Below, piece by piece: positions 50,758 to 64,000 of a stretch of DNA of 64,000 nt. The stretch spans positions 45,880,001 to 45,944,000 of the forward strand of contig NC_086374.1 of assembly GCF_036588685.1 (NCBI RefSeq), written 5' to 3'. Source of the stretch: Mytilus trossulus. Taxonomy: Eukaryota. Positions within the stretch are counted from its first letter, which is position 1. Each line of letters begins with the position of its first letter. The notes below the pieces were generated by a model. The model did no database searches and was not told the DNA's origin. It worked only from the letters and a program-made list of their open reading frames with translations. Position numbers and translations under genes: made by a program.

Positions 50758-51488
50758 TACTGTGCTAAAATTTAAAAAAAAGAGAGAATAATGGACAACA
50801 CCAATAAAGAAAGGAGATACATAGCCTAAAAAAGATACACAGAAATCAAGACCCACAATCCAGCCCCTCATATCGTGGCCTATTGATCTACGGTATTAGT
50901 TAATTGTTACGGTAGCATGCTCTATTATTAAAATATAATTACATGTAATTAAATTTAATCTATATTTAAGCCTTATTGGATTTATTATAAAAAGGGATTT
51001 TGTAGAATATTTTTGAAGTATGACGATATACTGATCTCATGAAATACCAAACTTATAAATGCTTGCGTTGCATTCTGATTATATATTTAAACGTGGCAAA
51101 AATCGATTTATAATTCAAGGTCACCGATTACGCGGATAGCTTTTAGTCTTCATATATATATATACAGAAAGAAACATATCATGTATATACATATCGCATA
51201 TTAATCTTTCGGTGATATTTGTGCAGTTTTCATTTTGATTGACATGTATTTTAATAATTTCTATTTTAGAACAAAAGAAGTGTGCTCTCCAAACTTATCT
51301 GATTTTTGTTAAATGTCTTTCTTTGCAATGCATATACATGTAATATGTGTACAAAGTTTACACTGTGGTGCATGTAGATTGAACCTTATTGATTCCTGGT
51401 ATAAAGCACACTATGCATAATGATTTTAAGAGTCAGACACTCAGCGTGATTACCAGCTTTATAAAAAAAAAATCAGAATATTTTTTTA

Positions 51489-51769
51489 GGGGACGAACAT
51501 TTGATTTTCTGAAGGCAGCAAGATGATTTTGAAAAACTTGGCCTAGTAAGAATTAAAAATGAAAAAGTAAGCACAAGACAGCATGAAAATGAATATTTTG
51601 CAACATTAAATGCAGGATAGTTGCGGATACAAATGTATACAACGGAAAATGTGCGTTGGTGCTGCATAGACGCAGAAAAATAAGCATGTGCGTGCTTAAC
51701 AACAAGTGACAATAATTGATAAATCCGCTTGCCCACTCCCTCCCCTCCAAATATCATATGGTCGTCCCC
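51489..51769. mobile_element. PIF/Harbinger (Tourist)-like MITE
   Basis: TTA|GGGGACGAACATTTGAT ... ATCATATGGTCGTCCCC|TAA. TIR matches at 15/17 with TWA flanks. Confidence 0.65.
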
Positions 51770-51824
51770 TAAACGCAAATAGTCGAATTTTATGCAGGAT
51801 TGGTTTCTAGATTGTTAATTTGCC

Positions 51825-52171
51825 TAACATCCATAATACTAGTAACAAAAAGTACATACATATTCAGAACAAGAGCACGTTATTTTGATATTCCCATAGA
51901 TTTTGCAACGTGTGCCGATGATAATGAGAGCAAGCATTTAACCATACGCTATTTTCCTAAATCTTTCGTATTGCAGCATATGCTTAACCGTTTGTCAGTA
52001 CGGTATGTATGATTACGCTGCCATGTTTGGAAGTCCCTCATTTCAATTTCAAGGAGCAATCGAAATGCTTGCTCTCATTATCATCGGCACACGTTGCAAA
52101 ATCTATGGGAATATCAAAATAACGTGCTCTTGTTCTGAATATGCATGTATTTTTTGTTATTATGGATGTTA
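51825..52171. repeat. Long inverted repeat: perfect 81-bp arms (51859-51939 / 52063-52143), 123-bp spacer, imperfect outer extension
   Basis: Direct base-by-base comparison. The ORF track shows the same peptide IFRTRARYFDIPIDFATCADDNESKH on both strands. Confidence 0.97.
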
Positions 52172-55100
52172 CAATGGATGAAATGTGTCTGGTTATATAG
52201 AATACGTACCGGTGCATCCCTAAACGCCAAAACAAACGTCTCCTACTCTCGGCATAGGCTTTACTATCGTACGGAACAAATTGAAGTGACCATGTTTCTA
52301 TTATCCTAGTAAACACTAAGGGTCAATGGTGGTTAAAATTTCAACATGTTCAATTCCCGGTATTTGAATAAAGCCTGAGGTCCTGATTGAGTTCGCCGAT
52401 AACAGACACACACACAAATTAGAATATAATTAACTTCAATTATAAAAACGCGAATTTCATATTATTTAGTCTTTTGTAATTCTTTCAGCCCAAAACCAAG
52501 TTATCATGTCTCAACATACCTGTATTAACAAGATTGTATAACAGGCTACTATCTGTTTTAAACACAAACAATGTATCCTGTTAATTGTCAAATAGAAATT
52601 CATAGAAAAAAACTTAAAATCGCCATCTATTAAATCAAATTTTTTGCAAGAAGACCATTACCAATTTAAAAATTATTTACACCACGTTCAACTATATCTT
52701 TTCATCTTTTCTTGGTTACAGCAGCTAAGGAACATTATCAGTAAAAGTATTTTATTTATTTTTTCTCAAAGCTGACCACTTTTCCTAATTATGATATTTT
52801 CATAAGAATTAAGGCAAATGTAAGTAATTTGATATTACTGTAATAAAAATAAAAATTTGTTGCAAGAAGTTTAAACATTATTTTAAAATAATTTATATCA
52901 ATAAAAAGAAGAAACATTAAGGACTATGGTGATCAGGACACCTAAGAAAACAACTGAGAAGAAAACTATTTGAATTACGTTGTGGTTTTTTTTTTATCTT
53001 ACATTGATCTTTTGATGTCGTCCCTAACATCTATATAACGATTGTAACCATGTAGGGTATCTGAATTCACAAATATGCAATATCGACCGGACTGATTCTT
53101 GACAATGGGTTGTATTAAAGTATAAGATCAACTATATCTTGCAACTTTATACTTTAAGGATCGTTTTCACGGTTTATTGATAAAATGCAACTAGATAAAC
53201 TATAGTGTCTTGCCCGTGTGAACACAGGAATATGACGTTAATAAGAGGAGCACAGTTCGTTCCCATATTAACACAAAGTGTCTGCTAATACAAAATAGGT
53301 TGGCAAAAGAAAAAACACATCGTGTCAGTTTAACTGTTCTGATTACAGAGTTTGTTCTTATGTAATATGTACACTATCCGTTATCAAAACATGATAGTTG
53401 TATTTGTTATTTTCATGAAAACAAGTTGGACTAATAAGCTTTTAAGCTAATAATATGGAATGCGTGCATAACATGTAGAAAAGCCAGATATGGCAACTTC
53501 TTCATTCTTAAGTATGGAATAGAGTTTGCATTTCATTTCTCTTTCTCTTTGTGTTTCATTGGTCAACCATTTGGTGAGACTCGAAGCCTAAAGCGAAGCT
53601 ACGTCACTTCTTTAAATGCATATGTAAGCATGATATAACTTAATATAACACCAACTGAAACTTAGTTCACAAATTAATGAAATAAAAAAAACATCAGAAT
53701 ATAACGCAGTTGCCAAATTTTTTAGAACTTTAAAAATATCCGAACAAAACAAAGACGTTACCTTATTGATCAGACTCAAAACAAAAAAGAACCAAAATAT
53801 ATTACATGTAGATTGTCTTTACATTGTTCACACTTTATTTAAAAGGTTTGCATCTGAAAATTATCTCTTGAAATTTTTGGTTTTGCTTTGCCACGTCCCT
53901 TGAAAATGTGTCTTACGAAATACGTTCTAACTTTTCCGAATTTGTAGCTTCTTACCTTTGTTTTAATCAATCTTTAATTGTATCCATTATGAATGCACCA
54001 CTGTCTTCTGTCCCCTGGAATTTGTCGTGTCCCTAAATATAATTTTCGCATTTTGACGTATCTTCTTTGTGTACAAAAATAGATTTAAATGTCTTCATGT
54101 AAACAAAAACAGCTGATCGATCATAAGTATATTTAAATATGAAAAATCCTTTCAAATTTTCCTTCTTATAAGTAATATGCGTTATATACAACAGAAAGTA
54201 TCTGACTAATTCCTTTGTAAGCAATGTCCACTTTATTAGCTGACGGATATAGACAAAGCAATCCGAATCACGTGGATTGGAAGCTTACAAAGATTTACCT
54301 TAAAAACTGACAAACTTTTTCAATAAATTAATCATATGACCTCAAAAGTATAAAATAATTTGGAGAAATTCCAAAATCAGACGCTGATTTTTCTTTGTGT
54401 ACATATTTGGAACGTTATTTTTACTTGGTTAAAACGGAAAACACATGACAGGAACAAAGACGAAATCAATAGGGATTTCTAAATTAGTTTCACAGGTAGC
54501 TATAGATCTGATCTGCATAATTATATCTTTGCATTTACCATTTTGCAGTTCAAATCAATAATAAGTGAATAGCTTATATATGTACATATCTACTTAGTAG
54601 TATGAACTTTGGCCGTGAAAATCAAAGGTTGTTTCATTATCTTACTTCGATTAAAGTGCAAATGTTTCAGTATCACGAGAACTCTAATTAAAGACCTACA
54701 TGCAGAGAAGCGATCGATTACCAATGACCTTAAGCGCCCTACCTTTCGAAGACATACACAGTATTGAGCGATACTTTTTACAAATGCTATCAAGAAATAA
54801 GTTGCTTTTTAAAGAGTGGCAATTTCGTCTATAGTTTTTTTTTTTTTTGCATCACATTGATCATGTGCACGAGAAAATAAACAGAAACAGATTCTGCATG
54901 TCTGAGGAGATTAGAGAAATGTCACTCGAAGGCTTCCTGAAATTTTGTAGTTGCAGCGGGTTCAAAAAGGTAACTTGAACACTGTTGACAAAAAGTATTG
55001 ATTTAAATACCAATTTTGTGCTTTATCATTGCTGAAAAATTTACTTCTTCCGTCCAATATTCTAAAAATCGATTGAGATAAATTGATATAGATTATCAAG

Positions 55101-56879
55101 AATTATATAATCGCTTGTTCCTGGAAATCGATCATTTCTAGAATTCATGCTATTATCAAAGTGGCTTACAAAATAAACTGATCAAAGATATCAGCGACTC
55201 TGTACACAAAAAGTATACTGAACAGGAAAGAGTCTCAGGCTTATAATTGTGTCGCGAGTTTCGTCTACAGAAAACTTAGTGACGTTCGAATAAAAATAAT
55301 GAAATGCCGCCAAATATAGTACGAAGTTGAAGTGAATTGATGAGCAAAAATTTTGCAAGGTTTTGCCAAGCGTAAATTGTAAGCGGCGATCCTTAACGTG
55401 ACTGCAATTATTAGTAATTATTTATAGTAAATGAAGCTTTAGAAAGCGATACATAACAAGGAACAAACTTGGAAATCGGCAACTGGACACAACATATTAT
55501 TTTCCCATATTTTTTTCCGAATCAATAGCAAATGAAAGCAAAATAGGCAGATTCCTGAAACAGAAATGTAAAGCATCGCAAATCTAGGAAATATTTTCGC
55601 ATTTAATCAAGCAAGAAAAACTTAATAAAATATGCAACTTCCCTGTATCAGATTCCCATAAGACTGCATGGTTGATAGTTGATTTTTACGAACTCGTTAG
55701 CTATAAAAGACGATATCAAACATTTATAAATGAAATTGATGAAATGATATGACCATGAAACTTTAAGGTTGGAATGGTGTATAAAAGAGGAACGGGATGG
55801 GTCCTAGATTTCAAATTTATAGGTTGCAGCTTTCTCGTGTAATTCATGATCCTTTTGTCCGTTTGGCAATATTTTACGCATATGCCCTCAATAATTGCGC
55901 TCCCTTCAGTAAGTGCCTGCCAAACTGTTGTAAAAGTTATTTTATAAATCTGACTTATTTTTAGTATTGAACATGTTCTTTTACAGCCATTGTTTCCTGT
56001 CATTAGCCCATAAAGGTCACAGAAGACGTAGCACTATACATATATAAAATAAAAGTGTATCTATATAATTGTAATATTTAAACGGTATACGTGTTTACAA
56101 TTTGATTGATTTTAAATTTTATCTACATGTTTTAAGTTGGTTTGAATTAAAATTGATAGAGCAGAAATATGTCAAACTGTGGAAACGTTATTCGAGTGAG
56201 GTAAACATCAGGTGGAGTCGTTAGGTTCATTCTTTGTAAACTATTAAAAATACTGATATTTATTCAACGTGTTGGGTAGATTTGGGTACCAGAAGATTAT
56301 TTGCGTGTTCAATATTGGCAAAGTTTCATCTTTGTTGAAAAATTAGCTAATATTCACAATATTGGACATGTAATACAAACTTTCTTTGTGACCGTTTCAT
56401 ATAGATAATATACTTATACGAGAGTATTAAAACATTTAATATTTAAATGTAAACAAAAAGAAAGAAAAGATATTTACATGATTCCTTATTACATGTAAGG
56501 TAGAACTTCGTCTCTGGATGTAATGAGTCAGAGAAGGACAGATCATAGTAAACGTATATTCATAGATGCAAAATAAAAGACCTAAATTTCCTGATATATT
56601 TCGCGTTAAAAATATCTATTACTGCTTTTTCACTATACAAACGAAACACGTCGATTGTCACTTTATAGGACATTCTATATTTTTGTTTAAATGTCCTAGA
56701 TTTGAACCTTTAAAACTACGCAAACTGTTATATATATACCAAAACCGTCAGATATTTTCGTTTTAACACCGAAAAGAAGTACAGAACAAACAGCGATAAT
56801 ATACATTGTATGAGTTAAAAATTCTACTGATATACATCTTTATTAATTTCTTTAAGTTATTCTAAGAGTGACGTTTCGC

Positions 56880-57040
56880 CTAGCGAAGTTAGATTCCTAG
56901 CGTAAGACTGAAAATTCCATTATAAAATTGGTAGCAGCTGCCTCTCCCCTAAACATTCGGCATTTCGATCAGATCCAAAATGTGACCGAGATGAGTCCTC
57001 TTGAACAAGAAATTTTACTTCTAGAGCCAACATTATCCGC
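56880..57040 (+). mobile_element. Possible degraded tRNA-derived SINE body
   Basis: tataaaattggtagcagctgcctctcccctaaaca..gcatt resembles the conserved central domain of mollusc SINEs as I recall it. No intact A/B boxes seen. Confidence 0.35.
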
Positions 57041-58196
57041 CGAAAACAAACCGGGTTCGTACTGATATTGCATACACTAAGGACATGTTTTTTGTTTGTT
57101 CTGAAGATGGTTAAAAAATAACATTATTGAAAACCGTTCACTCAAAATTCTACTTGATGTTCAACAATAATTCAAATCCGTCTTTTGTACGTTCAACACT
57201 AGTAACAATGTATTCATCTGTGTGAGAAATTATGAAAATGATAGTTCAAAAATTAGATTCACAAAGCACCGTCACCGCTGTTCCGGAGATGACAGAAAAA
57301 CAATTTGGCTATCTCGCTTCCGTTACAACTTCTTGAAGGATTGAAGAAAATCAATGTTTATTGTTTTACAATCGTCCACTCTTTCTGCAACTGCACTTAA
57401 CTACTAATTATTCATTCCTATCATACTTCGTAGATAATTTGGTGAAAAACAAAAAAATATTTGTGCGCTAGAATAGCAATGACCTACAGTGAACTATATA
57501 TATGTGTTATATCGTCATATTTTGTATTTCCTCATAAATAGTATACCAATTTTAAATGAAGATCGTTCCTGGTGTTTCGTGTACATGTATATCCCTTTAA
57601 CCAAGCTTTAATGTTGACCATTGACCTCAGTAAACCCGCGTCTCCTGATTAACAACATTAAATATTGTCTATATAAGGTTTAATGAGGTTTGCTTTTTCT
57701 GTAATGTGATTATAAGGTAATAAATAACAAACCTGACCTTTCATTGATAGGGTCATTGGCAGTCACACCAAACCTTAAATGGGAGTCGACCTCTTGCTTT
57801 CATCTTGATTCTGACTAGAAAATTTCAAAGTATTTTAATCTTTACTTAAAGTTACAAGATTATGTCAGCTGTTGAAATGTGTGTACTTTTATGTTGAAAC
57901 AACTATAAGAATTAGTTCTGAACTTATGAAAACTCTTAATTAAATGCTTAAAAATGACTTAACGGATTTCAATTTTGAAAGATTTTGAGGAATATTGAGT
58001 ACTAGTATATATAGGACATATATAAGAATTACGACATTCTTAACCAAAATTGAAGTCTGTAAGATACAAACTAATTCATTTTGTTAAAGGATATACGTTG
58101 TATTTAAAAACAAGTACAAGTTGCAATAATTATAATTAAATCTGACTTTCACATCAATAGAAAGGGCTGATTAGCTCATTGATTTCATAGCTATAT

Positions 58197-58231
58197 CAGA
58201 GACATATAATACATTGTATTATATGTCTCTG
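58197..58231. mobile_element. 35-bp perfect palindrome with 7-bp TSD (minimal P-element-like remnant)
   Basis: gctatat|CAGAGACATATAATACA-T-TGTATTATATGTCTCTG|gctatat. Confidence 0.7.
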
Positions 58232-58489
58232 GCTATATATAAAATTATTGATAAGTCTTTGAAGCATATCATTTTTGCTGTGTTTCATCAACTTTCGAAT
58301 GTTGTTCTCCTTGGTAAAACAAGTTCAGAGGAAATTTGTCATAATCCATTCCTCTTTTCTGTTAACATTAGCTTGTATTGCCTGGACAGTTTGTTTGAGA
58401 AAAAAGAGAGCACATGTAGAAAGGTCTCGCAGATCATTGATAGCATGTGAATAGTCCTTAGTAAAAAGCTTAACTTCAAGTATCATATT

Positions 58490-59140
58490 AACTTAACATC
58501 ATCCAAAAAAAATGAGGCCAAGGTCAGATAAATAAAGCAGGCAAAATATATGTACACCTATCAATCATTCCATACACAAAAATAGTTGACCTATTGCTAA
58601 TAGTATCTAAGACAAAAACTAACCGAAGAAAATTTAACATTGAACAATATATGAAATGATGACAGGGTCAGAAGAAACATGCCAGACAGACATGTTCACC
58701 TTACAATCATTCTTTACACAAAATATAGTAGACCTTTTGCTTATAGTATCTGAGGTATGGACTTAAGTAAGAAATATTCACATTGTTCACTTATCCATGA
58801 AATGAGGTCAAGGTCAAATAAAAGCTATCTGACAAGAATGAGGACCTTGCAATGTACACAAATATAAAACATATTCATCCTTTAAAATCCTAATAAGACA
58901 AAAAGTCTGAAAACTAAAAATCTTAGGATATTTTATAAGTAGTCACTGAACCATAAAAATGAAATCAAGGACAATGGACATGTGACAGAAGGAAACTTTT
59001 GAACATAAGGCATCTATATACAAAGTATGGAGGATCCAGACCTTCAGAAATTTTAAGCTTTTTAAAGAAGTAAGTAAACATCCCTGCCACCATCACTGCT
59101 GTAGGATCACTATCTCTATGTGCTTTTGCAACAGAAATCT
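58490..59140 (+). mobile_element. Non-autonomous Helentron-associated-like element with ~145-bp internal tandem units
   Basis: tgaggtcaaggtca-like motif at ~58514, 58660, 58803 and 58960. The catgtacacct.acaatcattc..tacacaaaatatagt.gacct block is repeated. Confidence 0.55.
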
Positions 59141-61062
59141 CATACTCTATAACAAATTGTCATGTCACACAGAAAATGGTATCATACTTTTTTTTATAGA
59201 TTTGACTGTTTTTTTCCGGTTTGAATGATTTTACACTAGAAATTTTTGGGGACCTACATAGCTTGCTCTTCAATGTGAGCCAAGGCTCCATGTTTAAGAC
59301 TGTACTTTGACCTTTAATGGTTTACTTTTCTAAATTTTGACTTGGATGGAGAGGTGTCTCATTGGCACTCATACCACATCTTCTTATATCTATCATATTT
59401 TTTTTCTTCTTCCAGGTTTGTTCTGATGCAGTTGGGCTATTAGTCCCATAATGTACTACAAAGGTCCAGTAATTAAGACTTATCATCTTATGAACAAACT
59501 GACCAAAGAACAAAGAGTAATGTATTCATAATCAATTATGCTATACCATTGAAGAACTAATAATAAGATATTTAAATCTAATGACACTTGTATTTTTTTT
59601 TATTACAGAATTATTAAAATTATGACACATAATTTAAAATAAATGGCAGTGTATCAAGAATCACAACATTTAAAACATTTTAAATAATATAAAAAGAACA
59701 CATACATGAAATGGTCATTTTAATGTATCATAATGCAAACTGGTCAATTTACCATGATTTTTTACATACATTTACTATACATCCATTCACCATTCAATTC
59801 AAATAATTTTTTCATACTATGATTTATGTAACTGTATTCTGATTATTTGTAAACTCCAAATTAATGCTTTGTAATATCAGAAATTACAGAATTAATGGGA
59901 AGGATATGAAAGTAACTCTTTCTGATTCTTTTTTCTACAAACTCATTTTCCAGTCGTTCCTCCAAATTTATTAATGAATATTATAGTCAGCACTAACATT
60001 AGAAAATCATTTGACCTGTTTCTTTTAGGTCAAACTTATAAATAAAACTTATTAAGAACAATTTTATGATACTTCAATTCTTGTATTCATTAAACAGTAA
60101 GAGAAATTTCTCATAGCTTATGCCCTAGTGGAGAATCATACTATTGGGTTTTTTTTCTACTTCTTTTACAAACTAGTTTTGGTTCAACCTTTCAACTATT
60201 TAATAGTCAATATAGTCTATGATATTCAGATTATTAAAAGAACCTTCTTCTCTCTTTACCAGGCTAATATTTCACATACAGGAAACCAGTTTGGGGGTGA
60301 TTGCATTTCACAGCACTTTCCTTAGGACCTTGAACTTTTGAACTCAAAAGATTTTTTCTTACCTTTAAATCCAATTCAATAAATGGGAGATAACTCAAAA
60401 AGAAATTTAAATGCAGAAGTAAACCATTATAGTTATCTCCCATCCTTTAAAAGTTTTTAATGGGTAAAGACATTGGTCAGATTTTCCCATAGTATCAGTA
60501 TCCTGTTCATGATTGAAATGATAAATGAGTTAATTCAATAGACACCTCCAACCTGGCTATGAATATGCAGTGATTTGCAGAGTTAACATCCAATCAAACC
60601 TTGTAGAAGCATACTAAGGATTGAACACTTTTGGCATTGAAGGGAAATAAAACACATTTTTAAAGAAATTTAACTGGATGTGAAACAGAAAATTTGTCGA
60701 ATAAAAATATTTGATAATTTAATTTGGTACATGTTTTTATCAAATTTTTGACCTGTTTTTTTTTGGATAAACAATTAAATCTGAATAAAAGTTCCAAATA
60801 TGAATACATGTACCTTAAAAAAAAAAAGCTATTGTTTTAGCGACCTGATGTTTACCAGTACATAATAGCATTTGTGATGTATTTGCAGATATCATTTCCC
60901 AAAAACTTAACAAAATCTTCTGTAGAAACATACATATCCTTCATGAAAAATACAACAATACAATATGACATTTGACTTAAAAATCATCCATGCTGTTATG
61001 CATTCTGAATAATGTCTTTGTCTGGGTTTTTATTCTTTGGTTTTCCTCTGAAAAACTTGCTG

Positions 61063-61102
61063 TTATTGGGATTTTCTGGATGTCATTTTTCTTTGCCTAC
61101 TT
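61063..61102 (-). CDS. Candidate terminal coding exon of the unidentified minus-strand gene (RSRQRKMTSRKSQ*)
   Basis: Acceptor ttttaatgtag at 61103, phase-2 compatible with the exon at 61552. A candidate AATAAA lies on minus at 59598-59603. Alternatives exist. Confidence 0.35.
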
Positions 61103-61551
61103 CTACATTAAAATATATATATATATAAATAATTTATTTGACATTTTGAAAAATTCCAGCTTATTCAAATATTGTTTGTTGAATCTTAATTTTCCTGCAC
61201 AAACCAATTTTGTAAAACATTCTGTGCTCTTATCGAGTGATGATTATTTCAACCTTTTATTTGATTAGACTGTCCTGAATCTATTTCCGTCATGACACAA
61301 TAACAGTATTCATGCATTTTATTACAAAAGTGTCTATTTTGAAACAAGTTGGCAATCATTTACTGTTTTATTGTCTTTTTATAATTCAAATTTTTGTAAT
61401 GAAGTTGAAAACTATATTTTTTTTTTCATTAGGTAACAAGTTCATATATTGTAAAAAAATAACATCCTTTATAAATCATTCAAGCTATCATTGTAGATTG
61501 AGTTGGATCATAATAATTATTCATCAACATTCTGATTAATTGCACACTTAC

Positions 61552-61641
61552 CTGGCTTCAGTTCTAGATGAAGTATATTCAAACCACATGACATGAGGAA
61601 TTAAAGTAGAATCTCGTAACATAAAAAATTCTCCAACAGGA
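61552..61641 (-). CDS. Internal coding exon (90 nt) of an unidentified protein: (S)[29 protein letters not shown](R)
   Basis: Acceptor cttaattttcag and donor AG|GTAAGT. Open in the phase (2) dictated by the upstream exon. Confidence 0.75.
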
Positions 61642-63610
61642 CTGAAAATTAAGATCAGAATGTGTTATTAAATTCCCCTAACAAATCATTTACCTTCTCA
61701 GGCCATTTTTAGAGCTATATATGGTTAGTCTAAATGATATATAGAGGATGAAGAAGTTTAAATTTAATTTTGACCTTATCATGGTGAAATATCTTGATAG
61801 CAGGAATAATTAGTTGACAGAGGCAGAAAGATTTTTTAATTTTCTGTCAGAAATCGGACCAAAAAAAACCCATCTATGAACATAAGTAAAAATAAATGAT
61901 TATATATTTTTATATATTTGATTCTATTAGAACGATTAACAAGTTTAACCATAAGAATTTTGAATAACAAAACCATTCTTGAATATTCATCTTTTTCTGT
62001 TATAAAGATATGCTTTCTATTGCTAGTTTCAAATATAGAGCTATAATTATATTGATTTTTCTGATTACACTACATGTATTACTTACTGAGCAGCTAAAGT
62101 TGGAAATAAAGGAGTTAAAACAATTTGTACAACACCAAACCATACAGCTCCTAGAAATAACCCCATTAAAGCACCACAAGATACTTGGAAAAATGTATGG
62201 TAGGCTAAATACACCCTGAAAATAAATAAAAAGAAAATGTTAAATTTAAGATTTCAGAATGGAAGACTGAAATATTGTAAATGTACTGCAAATTCATTAT
62301 TATTTGTTGAATACCAAATTCTTGTGGATTTCGTAGGTTCAGATGAATAACAAAACAAACTTTTCAACGAATTAACTAATTTTCAAAAGGCTAGTATGCA
62401 GACTTCGCCAAAAATCACGAAATCAAATATTCATGAACATGTAAGTTTTCCTTAATTAATGAACATTGGTACCAAGGAAAAGTAAATGAATCCACAGAAT
62501 TCTTTTTGTTATACAGGTACAACAATTTATGTTGTTTGCCAAACACTTTGTAGTTTTAATTTTAAGTTTCTAATGTTTCAACTTTCTCATTATAACTTGT
62601 AACCCCTTTTTGTATTTTACCAAGCTACCCATTAGCAATTTTGAACTGCAGTCCATAAATTTATCACCATTCTTAAAATTCAGTCTCAAATATACCTCCT
62701 TCTGGTGAATATTGTTTTTAAAAACCTATTATTTTTATGTCAGCAACCTGACAAAAATGCATAAATTTATGCTTTGTAAAAAGCCAAGTTAATTTTTTTT
62801 TTTTAATTTTGTCAAATGTAATTTAAAATATTGTGTATTGTGAAACCAGCTTTCAGTATAAACTGTGCATACTCCATGTACTCTTTCAATCTGTATGTTT
62901 GTTTTGTTTTTTTGTTAGTTTTCTTTAGTGTGCTTAATTCCTACTCAATTAAATGAGCCCTTTCACAGGTTTACCTAATTTGTTCTCAAGTTGTGCTGAT
63001 GCCCTATTATGTCAGGTATGAGGAGGTCTGAGCCCTCACATAAAAGTATAACCTGCCACATTCATGACATTATTCATGGGTCTGACAAAAGTCATTTACC
63101 TATTTAGTAGTTATTAGTTGTTATTTAAGACTCTATTTGTTTATAAGCACAAATCAGATGGTTGGTTTTGTCATCTGAATTGTCTGAATTGCGTTATTTT
63201 TGCAAAAGCCAGCAACTTTAAATGGTTCAATAACATACAGTATGTTGAAGACTGTATGAAAGTGTTATATACATGTAGTTGCTATAAAGTCCAATGGTCT
63301 CTAGTGGATTGTTGTCTCTTTGGCATGATATCACATCTACATTTACAGCCTTTAACAACGAACAAAATGCATACTTGCTTTTCAACTTCAAATTTTATTT
63401 GGTCTTTTTAACTTTTTAGGATTTGAGCGTCACTGACGAGTCTTTTGAAGACGAAATGTGCATCTGGCGTAAATACAAAATTTAGTCCTGGTATCTATGA
63501 TGAGTTTATTGATTAATGCTAGTTTAAATAGTGTATGCTTTTAGTAAAACTGATCTGAAACTGATCTGATCATTATGCCTTAAATAATATCAGCTCTAAT
63601 TGGAACTTAC

Positions 63611-63703
63611 CTACTATAAAGAACTAAAGAAGATACAAAAAAACAACCTATACTTGTTATATACTTCCATAAATCATCTACCCAGTTACTATTTCTGTAT
63701 ACT
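63611..63703 (-). CDS. Internal coding exon (93 nt) with a probable TM helix: VYRNSNWVDDLWKYITSIGCFFVSSLVLYS
   Basis: Acceptor attctttattacag and donor AG|GTAAGT. Only one open frame, ending in phase 2 and joining the 61641 exon in frame. Confidence 0.75.
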
Positions 63704-63874
63704 CTGTAATAAAGAATGATACAAATTTTAAACACTAACATAGAAATGATAGAAGCTAACCTTTTATAATTGAAGTAGCAATTGTTCAGTGTCGATTAAG
63801 TATCATGTTGATTGTATATATACAAATGAAGATAAAAATATAAATAGTTCTATAAATTTTCACCCATTAAAAAA

Positions 63875-63956
63875 AGATTGTCATTGGTCATCTTAATGAG
63901 ATTGGGCAGTTTCCGCGAAAGTGAGAAAAACAATTGGGGATGACCAATGACAATCT
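63875..63956. repeat. Short hairpin/MITE: 18-bp perfect inverted repeat
   Basis: agattgtcattggtcatc (63875-63892) / gatgaccaatgacaatct (63939-63956). Confidence 0.75.
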
Positions 63957-64000
63957 GTTTATCACTCTTTTGCCTATGATGATGTTGTTGTTTACATTGA

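Noticed and set aside
54860-55230. Faint ankyrin-like relic (CSGFKKVT*TLLTKSIDLN)
   Set aside because: A single weak motif with stops, which is insufficient evidence.
59416-59532. Selenoprotein-like reading GLF(TGA)CSWAISPIMYY...
   Set aside because: No SECIS-like element recognised, no known selenoprotein motif, and another frame gives a simpler stop-terminated reading.
62696-62747. Possible extra exon between the two minus-strand coding exons
   Set aside because: It has AG/GT ends but a stop codon in the required phase.

Overview
AT-rich eukaryotic (animal) genomic DNA. The repeat content and gene types suggest a bivalve mollusc such as a mytilid mussel, which is inference only. There is one 240-N assembly gap (6353-6592). 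Two paralogous TRPV-family cation channel genes lie on the minus strand (1937-4432 and 29738-32494), each with its whole CDS in one exon. Two, probably three, minus-strand exons of an unidentified membrane-protein gene lie at 61063-63703. A decayed DIRS-order tyrosine-recombinase retrotransposon (gag with CCHC, RT, RNase H, DAM-type methyltransferase, YR; 11829-~16250) sits inside a DNA-transposon shell with 34-bp TIRs and a 9-bp TSD (11795-16909). Its sequence supports a phase-compatible gag-to-YR splice. The remainder is TE relics (Tx1/L1, BEL/Pao, several MITE types, some nested), a 38-bp satellite with higher-order structure flanked by two inverted copies of one MITE, a pair of inverted related minisatellites (52 bp and 44 bp), and a perfect 81-bp-arm hairpin. 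No rRNA, tRNA or CRISPR array was seen. All alignments were done by eye, so repeat boundaries are approximate.
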